Notes: generated by a model not told the origin, from the letters alone. A stretch of DNA of 64,000 nt from Eledone cirrhosa (GCA_964016885.1 OZ024742.1:113398001-113462000); one strand, 5' to 3'. Positions 14,030 through 29,100 are shown, counted from the first letter of the stretch. Numbers and translations: made by a program.

Positions 14030-14500
14030 CAAACACTTGCGCGCGCACTGTTCTATTACCACTGAAGAACTTTGGCCCGGGATAACATCCCATCAATTTT
14101 GAAACCGTCTAGGTTGTCTAGAATCGTTGGGAAAAGATCTGACGGTTTTACAGTGTGCTCGTGGTCAAGAGGGAGATACCTGGGACATCAACGTTAGATA
14201 CTCTTTTGCTCCTTCCCACATCCTGGATAGATCAGTAAGGGCGAGAGCCACAGCATCCGCAGCTGAACAGAACCTAATCCTAAAATACCGTGTTCTTTTG
14301 GCTGACTACATCTTCCAGCCTGTGGCGTTCGAGAGGTGTGGGAAAGTCGGGCTACTGACTGCGAGATTATTATCTTCACTGACGAGACGACTAGCAGAGA
14401 TAATTGGTGAAGCTCGTGAAAGGCGCTTGGTTGTTCCAGTAACTCAACCCTGCCTTTAAGCGCGGTAACGCTGCGAGTGTACTGGTTTGCCTCAAAAATT
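14030..14500 (+). mobile_element. CRE-like non-LTR retrotransposon 3' fragment (restriction-like endonuclease region)
   Basis: GKRSDG...W.RG..WD..V..SFAPSH...AASAAEQN..LKY..L.ADYIFQPVAFE..G..G and FKRGNAASVLVC. Confidence 0.75.
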
Positions 14501-14730
14501 ATCAAAGAGGTTTCCCAGTGCTCCCCACGACATTGGTATCTTTTGCTCTGCTAGTGGTTCGTTTGTCCACCCCTCTTTCGCCTGCCTTTTGATGCATGTA
14601 TTACCTAAGTGTGTGTTGTATGTGGTCATAGATGTGTCATACCTGCTTGTAATGTATGAATATGCACATACGCATACACATACAAGTCGGCACGTTGAAA
14701 AACATCCTAATCTCTTCATTTCTCTCTATA

Positions 14731-14795
<65 letters not shown>

Positions 14796-14879
14796 TAATA
14801 TATATATATATCTGTCACATAGACACTTTGTATCTCTCTCTTCACACACTCTCTCTTTCCCTCTCGCGATGTCTCTCTC

Positions 14880-14933
<54 letters not shown>

Positions 14934-14973
14934 GGTGGAAGTATATATACATATATATACATATATATATATA

Positions 14974-15038
<65 letters not shown>

Positions 15039-15449
15039 TGGAAGTGGTGGTGTTTGTGGCGAAGTATTAAAATGTAAATATTTTAAAAGAAGTGAATTTT
15101 GATATATGCAATAATATTATTTATGATTAATCATTTGTTAAGAAATTGAGTAGATAAATTATGTAATAATCATTCATTATTTATTCAAAGTAATCCAAGT
15201 TATTTTACTAACGGGATTAACAAATATATTCTGCCTTTATTATAGTATAGATTATTGGCAACTTATTTGTGAAGACGAATAATTGTGAGTTCCGAAATGT
15301 TTGTTGTTTTTAAGTTGTTTGAAAATAATATTCGTAGAATATATTTGTTGTTAAATGTGTATAAGGGACTACATATTTCCAGCTAAAAAGAATATAAAAA
15401 AAATATCTGTGCTTTGGCCCAAACATAGTAACTTAGAAAATAATATTTT

Positions 15450-17200
15450 CTTAAAGAAAAAAAATGTCGGACGTCAAAATTACGGCCTCAAAAGAAAACA
15501 GCAGTTCTATGATCAATTGAACAGCAAATTTCCTAACAACGGCTGTAGCAGCAGTGGCTGTGCTAAAGAGAATATTACCACTAAGACCCGCTTATTGCGT
15601 GAATGGGATTTTTCACAATTTACGACTCCGCCACTGCCACAAGAACCACAAAATATATTACCAAAAAATCACAAAAACAATAGCACCACAGCCATAACCA
15701 CACAGCAACAACTAAAACAACAGAAGGGAACATATAACAGTTAGAGACAGAATCAACAGGGGACCGGACAGCAGTAGCAAGCAATAAGAGCAGCAGCGGC
15801 AGCGACTACAGAAACGGTAACAACTACATAAACAACGGCAGCGCAAAATCTAGTGTCATATTTTCGAGAGCCGTAAATAAATATGAGATCTCCACGGTCA
15901 CAGAAGAGGAAATGAATAAAGTGAGACAGATGTTCAAAAGAAATGGATACATATTCAGGCTCACTGTTCCATCAGATATCGTGGAAGAACTAAGGCTATG
16001 TACGCAGTCAAAGTATACAATTAGCACAAAATCACGCTGGGTGGAGTGGGCATCGAAGTCTCAGATACTAAAGGCTTTGAGGTATATTTGGGCCCAAAAT
16101 CCCACATCAGGTTTGGAAGCCAGAGAAGAATCCATGACGCCACTAAAGAGCGATGAACTCACTATTTTTCTAGAATACAGTAGACAAAGGCTTCTAAGGG
16201 TGCGAATAACCCATGTTCCACCGGCAACAGCAGTCCCCTGGCTGAGGGCTGCTGTCCTCGCTGACATTAAAGATGATCAAAATCATAGAAATAATTCAAA
16301 AGTAAGACAGGTAAAACAAGCCGGATCGGGAATGGAGCTCCTGGTACAAACGGACCAAAAGAACACCCAACAAATTCCCTAAAATACAGACTTCAATGAC
16401 GGCAGCCCCCCCATATTGATGGCCGAATGTATAAGACTAGCGTATGACGTGTATGGGGACAAAACCAACCTAAAATATTGGCACAAAAATCCAGGCTACA
16501 TCTCTTGCCTTCGCCTTATTCCATACACGCCCTATCAACAAAAACAGCAGCAGCACAGTACAAGCACGAACAACGTCTCGCGTGGACATACCCCTCTCCT
16601 ACAGGACACAAATATTGACGTAGTGTAACGGGGTAGAGAGGTGGGAACACTATCAACAAGAGAAATAAAATACTTATCTTCATTCGCTTTCGAAAAGAGG
16701 GCGAAACAAACAAATAAAACAAGTTGAGACTTCAACGACATCACCATCCCCCACACCGTCATAACCAGAGCCACCACCACCACCAAGAAATCTACAACGA
16801 TCACCAGCAATGAAACAGAATAAAACCACATGCGCAACCACATACGAAAGTACCACAAACGCAAACACAAGATGTTAAAACTCGTACGCACAACTCGGCT
16901 TTAAACATGGACAACAAGCAATTATTACATCGCCAGCATCACAATAACCCAAATATTCACATCACCCACACGCATCCACATAACATTTATCTCACAAAAG
17001 ACCTATACACATTTTAAAGGAAAACTCCCCAATGGTATTCCAGATTTCCGCGAAACACTCTCCAGAACGATATAGAAATACATCCCTGTAGAGAAGGCGA
17101 CAAACAGCCAGATGGACGAAGGAACCCGTCCTTTCCCCACGGGACTGGGGTAAATGATCATTCCCACCATTACCTAATCATCATTGAACATAGGCTATGT
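15450..17200 (+). mobile_element. probable decayed LINE ORF1/gag-like non-autonomous element
   Basis: Broken ORFs, including the 156-aa ORF with LRVRITHVPP. Q/T-rich low-complexity flanks; ends at (TA)n. No intact diagnostic domain. Confidence 0.35.
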
Positions 17201-17225
17201 CAGGATAGGAAGTATACATACACGG

Positions 17226-17433
<208 letters not shown>

Positions 17434-17529
17434 CATTGATATTATACTCCAGAAAACTTGTCGAGTGCTTCGAATCAGTTATAAACATATATATTTGTTG
17501 AATTAACGACAAATTAAATATCCCTTTGG

Positions 17530-17569
<40 letters not shown>

Positions 17570-17663
17570 AAAGGGATATTTAATTTGTCGGTAATTCAAC
17601 AAATATATATGTTTATAACTGATTCGAAGCACTCGACAAGTTTTCTGGAGTATAATATCAATG
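17434..17663. repeat. near-perfect palindrome (about 98-bp arms) centred on a (TA)n tract
   Basis: cattgatattatactccagaaaac...atatccctttgggat (TA)n atcccaaagggatat...gttttctggagtataatatcaatg. Confidence 0.95.
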
Positions 17664-17723
17664 ATATTAATAAATGGAAAGTATATTTATAAAACCATAT
17701 TTATTCCATTATATATATTTCAA

Positions 17724-18449
17724 CATTTTCTACCAGGCATTTTGTCTTAGTCTCATTCATTCTCAGCCCCACACTCATCGACACAGTCTTAACTCCTACA
17801 TAAAAATCCTCTGCCTCCTTCACTGTATCTGTCACCAAAACTATGTCGTCGGCAAATTCAGCATACGATATCTGTTTCGCCCTAAAGCTCCTGCTCTGAG
17901 CCGGTGTTACAGTAAAGCCAGAGTCCTGGTGTTTCCCCAGTGCAATGTCCACTACGATGATAAAAAGGTAGGGAGCTAATGTATCTCTCTGGAGCACTCC
18001 AGCCAGTATCTCAAGGTTAGCTGGACATGCTCTTCGACATCCAGAGTTGACACTGCACTCAGTGCCCCTGTGGGATACCCTGCAAGGACACAATGGAAGA
18101 GGAAGAACAAGTTTAACGTATGTTGATGCGCGAAGGACAGACACTGGTCTCTTGGAGGCGCAGGGCATAGCAGCGATAATTGTTTCTACGTTAGGCACAA
18201 GGCCAGCAGTAACCCATTGCATTACTGGTACTTTATTTTATCGACTCCGTAAGGATGAAAGGCAAAGTCAACCTCGGCGGGATTTGAACTCAGATCGTAA
18301 AGGGACGTAACTATGCTGGAAATCATGGCGTCCGACCCTCTACCAATACTGCCATCCACCCAGGACATAGCAGCGATAATGAGGGACAGAGACCGCTGGA
18401 GAGACCTCGTCCATGGATCTCGGGAATTTCACCCACCCTAGATAGATAA
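17724..18449. mobile_element. RTE-type LINE insertion with inverted 5' part and 11-bp TSD
   Basis: 17724-~18012 on minus encodes ILAGVLQRDTLAPYLFIIVVD...EFADDIVL...VGLRMNETKT. ~18013-18449 on plus encodes RLAGHALRH...GRGRTSLTYVD...MRDRDRWR and ends in a tagatagat tail. ATATATTTCAA is duplicated at 17713-17723 and 18450-18460. Confidence 0.88.
18181..18360 (-). mobile_element. tRNA-derived SINE nested in the RTE, 20-bp TSD
   Basis: Same family as 47068-47247. Flanked by CAGG(G/A)CATAGCAGCGATAAT at 18161-18180 and 18361-18380. Confidence 0.9.
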
Positions 18450-18625
18450 ATATATTTCAAGGGTACCAACACTTTGGTACGCTCTCATCAGATAAAATAT
18501 AAAGTTACTCTCATATATATTGATATATCCAGGAAGGAGATTTTAACGGTTCACATTTTTCCTGGAAAAACTGGAACCGTTTTATAAATATAGTTTCTAT
18601 TTATTAATATCATTCATATATATAT

Positions 18626-18755
18626 ACACTTCTTAAAATATATCAGATGATTAGTTCAAATATGGGCATGTATATATATATATATATATATATACATATA
18701 TGTATATATACATGCACGTATTTGTACTCATTATCTGATATGTTTTGAGAAGTGT
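18626..18755. repeat. imperfect palindrome centred on (TA)n
   Basis: acacttcttaaaatatatcagatgattagttcaaatatgggcatg / catgcacgtatttgtactcattatctgatatgttttgagaagtgt. Confidence 0.8.
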
Positions 18756-19711
18756 GGATCGTATTGTTGATCCTCCTGTTGATAAGCTGTCAACGGTATT
18801 ATTCTACACTTTATTTGCGGAGAAATATTGTTACACCATATCCCGCAGATATAGTCATAAACGAATGGTCTCTACATTTTAATTTATTCTTTTAATTGAA
18901 ATATATTCGCCATTCTGCTCGTAGATAATATGGTTTTCACTCTTGGGACATTCTATGTCCTACAATTAAATCTATTAAACCCATACTCATACATGCGTAT
19001 TTGCCTCTATATGATGTCTTATAGAATGCCCGGAATCTAAACCTTGAACTCATTAAATTATATGGGATTAATGTGAGTTGTTAACTCTATTTTTTTTAAT
19101 TTGAATGCTTTTCATCGGGGAACAATCTTCTGTTCGAAAAACAAAGAGTCAAGATCTACTTAACTCTTGTCGGATCCTTCGATGCCTGAAATAAACCACC
19201 ATCGTGCGCAGTAACGTGCGCGTGCGCAGAATTAATACCACGGTAACAGTTTGTAAAATACAAAGTAGGTAAATAGAAAAATGTTTTACTAGTAATAATA
19301 ATCAATTTAAAAAGGTTTGTCCACACGACAATTTAAGAGTGGCAATATATGTTAAATATTTAGGAATCAGATATTAATATACATTGCATCTAAATGAATA
19401 ATCCCGCTTACAATATAATTCATTCAGAGAAGCTTATACCAGTTATTTTAGTTTTTGAAACTGCAGTAAGAGGAAAATAATTCGTTAAGTACTATCAATT
19501 TAGATTGTTTATCACGATGTTTACCTCTGGGATGTTATGCGTATAAGGTTCCTTTATTATTATTTATTTATTTTAAAGTATTTTAATATGATTTTCCCTT
19601 TGGTCAATGTTGAACCATATTTGATTTCAATATTTGTGTTTATAAGCTTTTCTGATTTATATTCTAAGCGATCATATCATTGAGATGTAATGCATATTAC
19701 TGACTAATTCA

Positions 19712-19831
<120 letters not shown>

Positions 19832-22187
19832 CGGTGTGTGAGTGTGTGTGTCCCCGTGTATGCATGTGTGTGTCTGTGTGTGTGTGTGTGTGTGTTTGTG
19901 TCCGTGTATGTATGTGTGTGTCTGTATGTTATATTACTTATATATATATATACATATTTATGTGTATTTCATATATGTAGATTAAATCTATATTACGCAA
20001 TAGTTCATCTAAAATAACGCACTCTTCCATGTAGCAAATTTGGTATTAATCCAACAGTTTTAAACCATAATTTAACATTATTAATAAATTTGTCCATTAA
20101 CGGAGACAACAATATCCATGTGCTTTAGTGGCCACTAGAGTGCAATCTATTATTTTCGGTTGAGAGAAAATATTAATATTTTCGGAAATATATAGCACTA
20201 TAAACTATTGATGTCTGCCATTAAACTCACAATTACTCATAATTCATAAAAGTCAAAGGAAGCAAGTGCAAAACTGGCAAGCACGAATGTTAGTGTTTCA
20301 CTATAATGTAGAATGTTGGTGATTTTCAAAACAGATCAATAGATAAGGAGGGAGCCTGCGAGAGCGCAATGGGCACCTGAGTCACATTAATCCTCTATTT
20401 GATGATCTTTGGAGTAAATTATGGCCAATACAGTTTTCGTGGTATCTTCGTCTATTCATGTATTAAATATGAATAAATGCCAATAAGCAATTACTGTCTT
20501 TTTTGTATATCATATCCTAATATTAAATGTTTACATGTAATTCTTTACTGAGAAAATATTCAATATTTATTATATGCAATACATATTATGACATTAACTT
20601 CCTTAGACATATGAAGGAGAAACGTAACAATTCAAATTAGGTGCATGTTTGTTTCATTTACAATAAAATCATTGCATCGTTAAATTCACGCAAATGCAAG
20701 AAAATACTATCGAATAGGATCTCTGTTCTAGATTAAATCATACATGATCCAATAATAACATCTAGAAAAATCTCTCTATATATATCAACATAAATTGAAT
20801 AAAACTATAGTGCATTTTCATTCATTCTCAGTAAATCATTAAAGTAAATATATTGCATTTACCACATCAATACATGAAAAAAAAACAATAAAACATCAAA
20901 TTTGGTTACAAAATTGTTACTATTTTAATTGTAGTAATTTGTCTATAAGATTCCTTTTCTTTTCGTATTACTTTCAGAGAAATAAAACGGCTAAATATCA
21001 AGTAATATGGAAATCTCTTTAAGCCATGCTTTCTACAAATGCAATTCACATTGTGTACTTAAAAAGAAAAGTTCCCTTTATGTTTCAAATGTCTAACAAT
21101 AAAACAAAACAAAAACCTTCGAGTTTAGAATAGAACAACTGCGATTGCAACCATTGTTGCATGTCATTATACCATTTTAGTTCGTATACAAATGAAGATG
21201 TTTCTTCAATCAGCTGATATTTGCTGTACATACGATACAAAATTGCAATAGCTTTATAATATGGTCATTTGAAACCGAGTATCACTGAATGGTCATAAAA
21301 GCCTGCTTTCATTTAAAAAACGAAATAGTTTCCAGCCGCAGCAAATATTTGACAATACAATCCAATCAATATATCTTCTTTTTCGCAGCATCTGAGGTCT
21401 TGAGTCCGATTAAAACGGATCGAATATGGAATTTTGATATTTTTAAAACTTGGAACCATTTGAAAATTTTAGTTTTAATATTTAAGTCGATATGCTGCAC
21501 GGCGAATGTAACTGTATAATTTTGTTGCAGGTGCCAAAGAACATAACATGCAGACTGCCCTGACGAATCAACACTTCATAACAGAAAGCGATTTAGCAAG
21601 GGCTTCAGAGAAATTACTTTATACGTGTGTAGAGAAACAAAATCATGAGGTTTCTATCATGTACATTTTAAGGCAGAAAATACGTTCAGGTGAAAGAACA
21701 ATATTTCGTGACATACATTTTGTAATCAAATATATTATTGCTCATATTCAAACAACTCCTACACCAACATCGTTATCCCTGTCATTGTCATGTTCATTGC
21801 ACCCTCAGAATTAGAGTATTGATCAGTACAGAACTGATTTCATCCTTCTAAATCCACACTAAATTCTACACCTCGTTTACGACAGCAACAACATAAAAAA
21901 AAATCAGTGCAACATCAGCAAGCAAAGGGCCACGATAAACTCTTACATACACAACATTATGAGTTGGGCACTCCGGGTTTATATATAGAATTAAAGACGT
22001 ATGTAATTTTTGTAGAACAATTTGCTACAGCCGGAATACCTTGTAAGTAAATGTAATTTAAGTTGATACGTTTCCATTCACTGATTACACGATTACTGCA
22101 ACATTCCCGAGAATAGTGTAAATATGATTAGAGTGCTTGAATATGTGCGCGGTAGCTCTATTGGATATATAAATGTATATATATATA

Positions 22188-22275
<88 letters not shown>

Positions 22276-22292
22276 CATATGTATATATATAT

Positions 22293-22385
<93 letters not shown>

Positions 22386-22389
22386 TATT

Positions 22390-22421
<32 letters not shown>

Positions 22422-22434
22422 GAGAGAGAGAGAG

Positions 22435-22513
<79 letters not shown>

Positions 22514-25500
22514 TTATTAGACGAACCAAATTTCTAATATTACTATAATTCAGCCGAATTTCTCTCGCACGTTCCTGTATATCGAATAAAACTACATTAG
22601 CTGAAATTCTGGTGATTAACATTGCTGCCTGGAGAAATGATCAACGAACGTGAGGTGGGAGATCGTCCAGATCTCTGCAACAAAGTAATTCTGCCCATAC
22701 GACATTATAATAATGTTGCATCTGCCATTCTATATGTAACTGCCCATAAGTATGTGGGCCTTTAGCCGACAACATTTCTACAGATTCGAGATCCAAATGT
22801 TCCTTTGTACTATTAAATATGGAAGGACGGAAACGTTCACTATCATTTTGGTAAAATATAATTTCAGAATGAACATCATGCTGGCCTTAGCCAATACACG
22901 CATTCATTTTGCACACAGCATTGCTCTACAATTTTAACAATAGTGAATTTAAAACGTTTAAGAAGATCAGCTAACATCTGATATATACTCTTGTTGGGGT
23001 TTACCATGAATCGGCAATACTCAGAATGTTCCGCCTAGCAACTGAGTGCTGAATATTGGAGGGATGAAGCAGTAACGCAAAAGGACAACTTGACTAGAAG
23101 TTTATCACGCATCGAAACGTTGAAAAAAAATAGATACATTGACACAAATTAAGGGGACTTCTTCGGAAACGTTAATGAATTTATTAAAATATCAACAAAA
23201 TTAATAAATAAAACAATTGAAATATATACTATTTTTTAAAGTAAACACTTCGCAGGTTTCCATTTTCAACTTCTCATAATAGATATTTTCAGTTATCCCG
23301 TTATTACATCTTTCGCGCGTAAATCTTAAGGCTTGCATGTGGACATTGTTTTTCATATATACCAAGCACACAGAAATATGGTTGTTATATTTTAAGATAC
23401 AGATTTCAGTTGATATCCATAATGTGGTGTTATGCATCGTAAGCCAATAGTCCACGTAGCTACAATATAATGCTTTAGTTATCGGATCTGTAAAGAGACA
23501 CATAGGACAAAGAGGAATGAAATATAATTATAAAACTTGCCATAAACAAACACAAATATACTATAAATAATGTTAATACCTTCATGACATTTTTTTATTA
23601 TAGTAATTCAATATGTCTATATAGATAAACCCGTTTTTGTGTTAATATCGATTCTTAGTCTCTTAAATAACTGCAGTAGAGTATGCGCGCATGGAATAGA
23701 AGGAATGAAATGTCCGTGAGAATATTTGGATATAAAGGATTAAATATTAATGAAAGAACCAAAGAAAAATATTTATTTTGCGCATGTTGCATTTAATGTT
23801 TTTCCGTATTTACATGCGTGAATGATTAATATATATTAATATGTATGATGTCATTTGGCTTAGTACATGATATAAATTAGATCGTGCACGTGTTTGTTAT
23901 TGGTTCCTTATTTTATATTCGTCGCACATCGCTAGTGTGAGTGAATTCAGCAGATAGACATGTCACGCAACTTTTGAGCCGGGAATAAATTCGAATAAAA
24001 CAAGTAATCGGATTTGTTTGGCTGATATGCACAAATGAAAGAGGTGGGGGCTTGTGGGAAATATTTCTAAAATTTGAAATTGGCACACAAAAACAACAAA
24101 ACATAAAAGTATTTACTTTATGAGTTGTAGATTAAACAGTATTGATATTTCTGCTTTCTAGTTGTTTTCACAAGACTGCTAGACCGCAAAATACCCATCA
24201 CAACTTTTGATAGGCCCAGTCAGTTTTCGTTTGACAATTTCAATAATCTGGTTATTGAATTGTTTCGTACGAGTAAAATAGCATTGTTCCTCGTAACCAG
24301 GACCCCGAATAATAGTGTCAATTAGTAATCAGTATTTCACATTAGACGAAACCGTGAAAAATTCTTCCTCCTTTCAGCAGATACTCTATCTAAATATAAT
24401 ACAATTACACACTATGATTCGTCAACTATGATTCCCATTGGTACACATTTGAAATTCAGAGGAAATCTGTCTAACAGTGGGAAGTGCGTGAACAAATGAC
24501 CGTTCCTATCGCGCTCGAATGGCAACGTGCTAAATGTTCCCAGGAAATCTATAGACATCTAAATAATACCGACGTTTTATCTGCTGTGGCATATACTACC
24601 ACTAGACTGAGTGCAACCACATTACTTCACTGCTGCCCATGCCAAGTGTTCCTGATATATCTCCCACATCTATTTCCCAGATCTAGGACAACCATTCTGA
24701 CCAATTCAACTGCATGTCTCTTGCATATATACAAACTGTTTTGCGTATGTCCAAAGTGAGGGAGAATACACTAGAGGAAGATAGGAATGTGTCACTTAAA
24801 TTTGTGGGGAGAACTAAACTTCCGTGGAGTATTTTTGGCTTCTCAGTGATGTAAGAAATGTTCAGGAGTCGTGCGGAGGATGCTCGTGGTACGTCTATTA
24901 GGAGGTTAACGGATTTTAATTTAGCGGAATTGCATAAGTCCCAGCAGTACCAGTGCACTTTTCAATGGAGACAATTGACACATCTTTGTTTGTTTTACAG
25001 TATGGTTTTGTTGCTTCTGCTTTAAACATATTGTTATTGTTGTTATTGCTGTGCTGATGTTTCAGTGTTGTGTTTCGAATTTGTCTGTAATACTTTGAAT
25101 GTTGTTGTTTGTGATACGTATTCACTCGGATTTACTCCTTGGCTGTTTAATCTATTGGCCTTCAGTGTAGAACAACTTCCTTTCTCTCCCTTTGTCATAT
25201 CCGCCAAACTGCCTGAGGACAATGTGTGAGTTTAGAAACATACGTGTAGAGTTTTTTAGAGTCAATCCTGGTTGGGGTTGAGTTGGTGGCTTTTGGGTGA
25301 GCTGCTGTGTGTGACCATCTATATTGAGATGATAGCGGCCTCTGCTGCTGTGTTTTTTGCATTTGATTTACTTGGATTTACGTTTAGTACTGCCATGGAT
25401 GTTCTGATAGAGTCTGTTTTATTGTTTTGTTGAGGTTATGTTTGTGTTGTTGGCAGATAGATATGCTAATTTTCTTTGTACGGAGGTGTTCGTCTATATT

Positions 25501-26150
25501 ATTCTTCAAAACGTAAGGCATCTAAGCTTTCTACATGTACTAGAAACTACAGCAGTTGATGTTTCATTATAAAGTGTATGCATAGTGCTGCAGGATTCTG
25601 TGTTTTCATCTCCGAACGAAATAGAAAAACAAATTGCTATTTATCCACATAAACAACAAAAAGAGTGCACATCGAATTTGTATCCATTTTATTCCTGAAT
25701 AGAAACATGTTATTGAAATATAAAGATGAAAGACACAGGAACACCATTTGAAATTCTGCTTGAAAATATCGGCATGGAAGGCGTCTTTAATGATTAACTT
25801 GTATGAAAGAAATGAAAAAGAAAATGCATTTTTTTAGATTGGAGACGAATAGAGAGACATATAGTGTTAATGTATAAACTGTGTTGTGTTGTATATGTTG
25901 AAACGATGGAAGCGTTAGAATGTGAAGTAGTGAGGTTTGGAAAATTAAAATATATTCTTTGTTTATTGCATATATTTACCATGTAAATTACAGAACGGAT
26001 ATGGATGAGACAACATCATTATTGTCGACCAGTGCAAGGGCAGATATGAAGAAATGTAATTATAGTTGATATCTATCATTATTCCGTTCACTACGTATGA
26101 ATCGATGGTTTATAAATTAGTTATACACACGCACACACACACACACACAG

Positions 26151-26221
<71 letters not shown>

Positions 26222-26224
<3 letters not shown>

Positions 26225-26650
26225 AAAATAGATGAAATCGAAAATGCAACAGGAGTCTTTTTAAGGCTAGTTATTGTTTCCTTCCCGGTTTCACAGTCCT
26301 TATGCTTTTCAAAAGTAGAATTGAGATGGAGTGTTTGTGGTTTTCTCGGATTGAGGGATATATATATGAAAATGTATGAAATCCTTGGGACAGTTAGGTA
26401 TACGTAAGAAAAATAAAAGAATGACTTCACTTGTAGTTCTGAATACATTAATTTAATTTTATAATATTTATATTTTATAATTTGGTTTTGTAGATCAAAA
26501 TTTCTTTGTTTAAATCGCATATTGAAAAAAATAAAATATCCAAATAGAAGTGGTTGACACCAGCACATTCAAACATTCGATCGTTGAAGAATACAAACCC
26601 CGGAGATAAGCTTCCATTTCATTAATTCCCCCTCTCCATCCCCAATGTAT
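26222..26650 (-). mobile_element. pLTR-like segment with a decayed U3-A8 hammerhead motif (~26278-26316)
   Basis: Minus strand: ctt TTGAAAA gca-taaggac-tgt GAAA ccgg GA agg; the cleavage dinucleotide is mutated. Abuts (TA)n. Confidence 0.4.
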
Positions 26651-27397
26651 ATATGAACTTAAATATTTGAGTAGATGTGGGTGTATGTATATGTATGTAT
26701 GTCTGTAGGTGGACAGGTATGAGTATATATGTATGTGTATATGTATATATACATCTACATACATGTATATATACATATGCATATATGTGTAGATATGTGT
26801 ATGTGTGTCTGTATGTATGTGTATATATGAGTGTGCGTGTGTGTTTGTTTATGTGTGTTTATGTATGTATGTATATATATATATGTATGTATGTATATAT
26901 ATATATGTATGTATGTATATATATATATGTATGTATGTATATATATATATAGAGGATGTATGTATGATTACATGTAGGGAAGTAAATATTTCAGCTAGTA
27001 TGATCCCCCACTTCTCCTCCCAAACCAATATCAACAACATACGCTTCTGACAAATATTCCAAAACTATTGTTATTTTTCTCTTTGCTGTCATTCTATTTC
27101 TCTCAAAAGACGTGTATATTGCACCTCATTAATGCTACCACAACCAGACGCCCAAATTTATCTTTAAAATAGAACATTCTTGGAGGTATTCTTTATGAAT
27201 TGACGATAGTTGATTCAGCTTTCAGAAAATATTTTGAAAAACATCCTGCCATTATATTCATCAATGGTCATTTATTGAAATGGAAACAGCATGTGGGCAC
27301 ATTTAAAAAACTTACTTAAACACTCCTTAAAATCTCCAACACCTCCCAAATCCATTCACATACTATTATCCTGCTTTTAACATTAAGAATTTCCTGT

Positions 27398-27552
<155 letters not shown>

Positions 27553-27589
27553 CATGTATATATATGTATATATATATATATACACACAC

Positions 27590-27961
<372 letters not shown>

Positions 27962-28157
27962 GTTAAAAGTGTACATCCACATATGTATACTGACAAACTA
28001 GTATGCATATAAATACACACACGTATACATATGTACATGTACCGAGTTTTTCACTGGACACTTTACTGTGAGTGTCCAGCTAGTCTGTATGTAACCAAAC
28101 AGACAAACATATATATATATATATTTAGTTATGTAATAAACAATATCAGATAATTAT

Positions 28158-28218
28158 TTCATTTAACAGTGGTTTCTTGAAGGCAGATTTTACGTCTGTG
28201 TTCAGTCGTCAGAATGAA
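28158..28218 (-). ncRNA. type I hammerhead motif, slightly degenerate (family of 10586)
   Basis: Minus strand: ttcatt CTGACGA c-tgaa-cacaga...tctg-cc-ttca-a GAAA ccactgt TA aatgaa. The closing pairs of stems II and III are mismatched. Confidence 0.6.
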
Positions 28219-28539
28219 TAATTAACATTGTGTTTTTATTGAATATGGATTTGAAAACAAAATTCAAGAAAAATGAAAGTGAGGCTGAAAAAAACGGACA
28301 AAAAGGAATTGGTGGAAAAAATATATAAATAAATATCCAGAACATAAACATACAAACACTCAACCATGTGCATATACGAAATAGTACGAATACTTATACT
28401 TTTTCTCATAAGCGTGTTTGCGTCTACATGGAAATACGAACAAGCACATAAATACATCCACATACATATACAAAAGAGTGTGTATACCCACACACATATA
28501 TACATATGTGTGTGTGTCTGTGTTTGAATGTGTGTATAG

Positions 28540-28586
<47 letters not shown>

Positions 28587-28628
28587 ATGGTATGAAATAA
28601 ATGCAAACTATATTTATAACACCATATT

Positions 28629-28689
28629 TATTCTATTATACATATTTCAAGGGTACCAACACTTTTGTACGCTTTCATCAGATAAAATA
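28629..28689 (-). ncRNA. type I hammerhead ribozyme (minimal stem III)
   Basis: Minus strand: tattttat CTGATGA aag-c-gtac...gtac-c-ctt GAAA tatgta TA atagaata. 8-bp stem I. Confidence 0.8.
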
Positions 28690-28865
28690 CAAAGCGTATT
28701 TTATGAATGTTGACATAACCAAGAAACATACTGTAACGGTTGGATTTTCCGTGAGTGTTCTTAATCAGTTATAATGTTGAAGTTTTCCTTGAGTACTCTG
28801 AATCAGATATACACATTTACATTTGTTGAATTAATAACATATTGAATATCCCTCCTGCTTATATA

Positions 28866-28992
28866 TGTGTGGAGGGGGGATAAATACGACATCTTAAAAG
28901 TAAACAAATACACCGGTCTATATATATATATATATACAGACCGGTGTATTTGTTTACTTTTAAGATGTTGTATTTATCCCCCCCTCCACACA
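28866..28992. repeat. near-perfect palindrome (about 53-bp arms) centred on (TA)n
   Basis: gtgtggaggggggataaatacgacatcttaaaagtaaacaaatacaccggtc / gaccggtgtatttgtttacttttaagatgttgtatttatccccccctccacac. Confidence 0.95.
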
Positions 28993-29060
28993 CACCCACA
29001 GCCACCCTTCGCTGTCAACTCGTCCCTTTTTTACTTTATTTTGATTTTGATTTAGAATTT

Positions 29061-29100
<40 letters not shown>

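Larger units (their letters stand above)
17700..18499 (-). ncRNA. hammerhead ribozyme split by the RTE insertion (5' part 18450-18499, 3' part 17700-17723)
   Basis: Removing the insert and one TSD copy restores tattttat CTGATGA gag-c-gtaccaa-agtg-ttggtac-c-ctt GAAA tatata TA atggaata, colinear with the intact copy at 28629-28689. Confidence 0.8.

Noticed and set aside
21531-21814. Possible plus-strand exon after ttttgttgcag (88-aa ORF)
   Set aside because: No recognisable domain and no convincing donor site.
24690-25480. Coding-like minus-strand block with faint similarity to 5300-5800 (GTAG peptide)
   Set aside because: Probably a decayed repeat, but the similarity is too weak to assign by eye.
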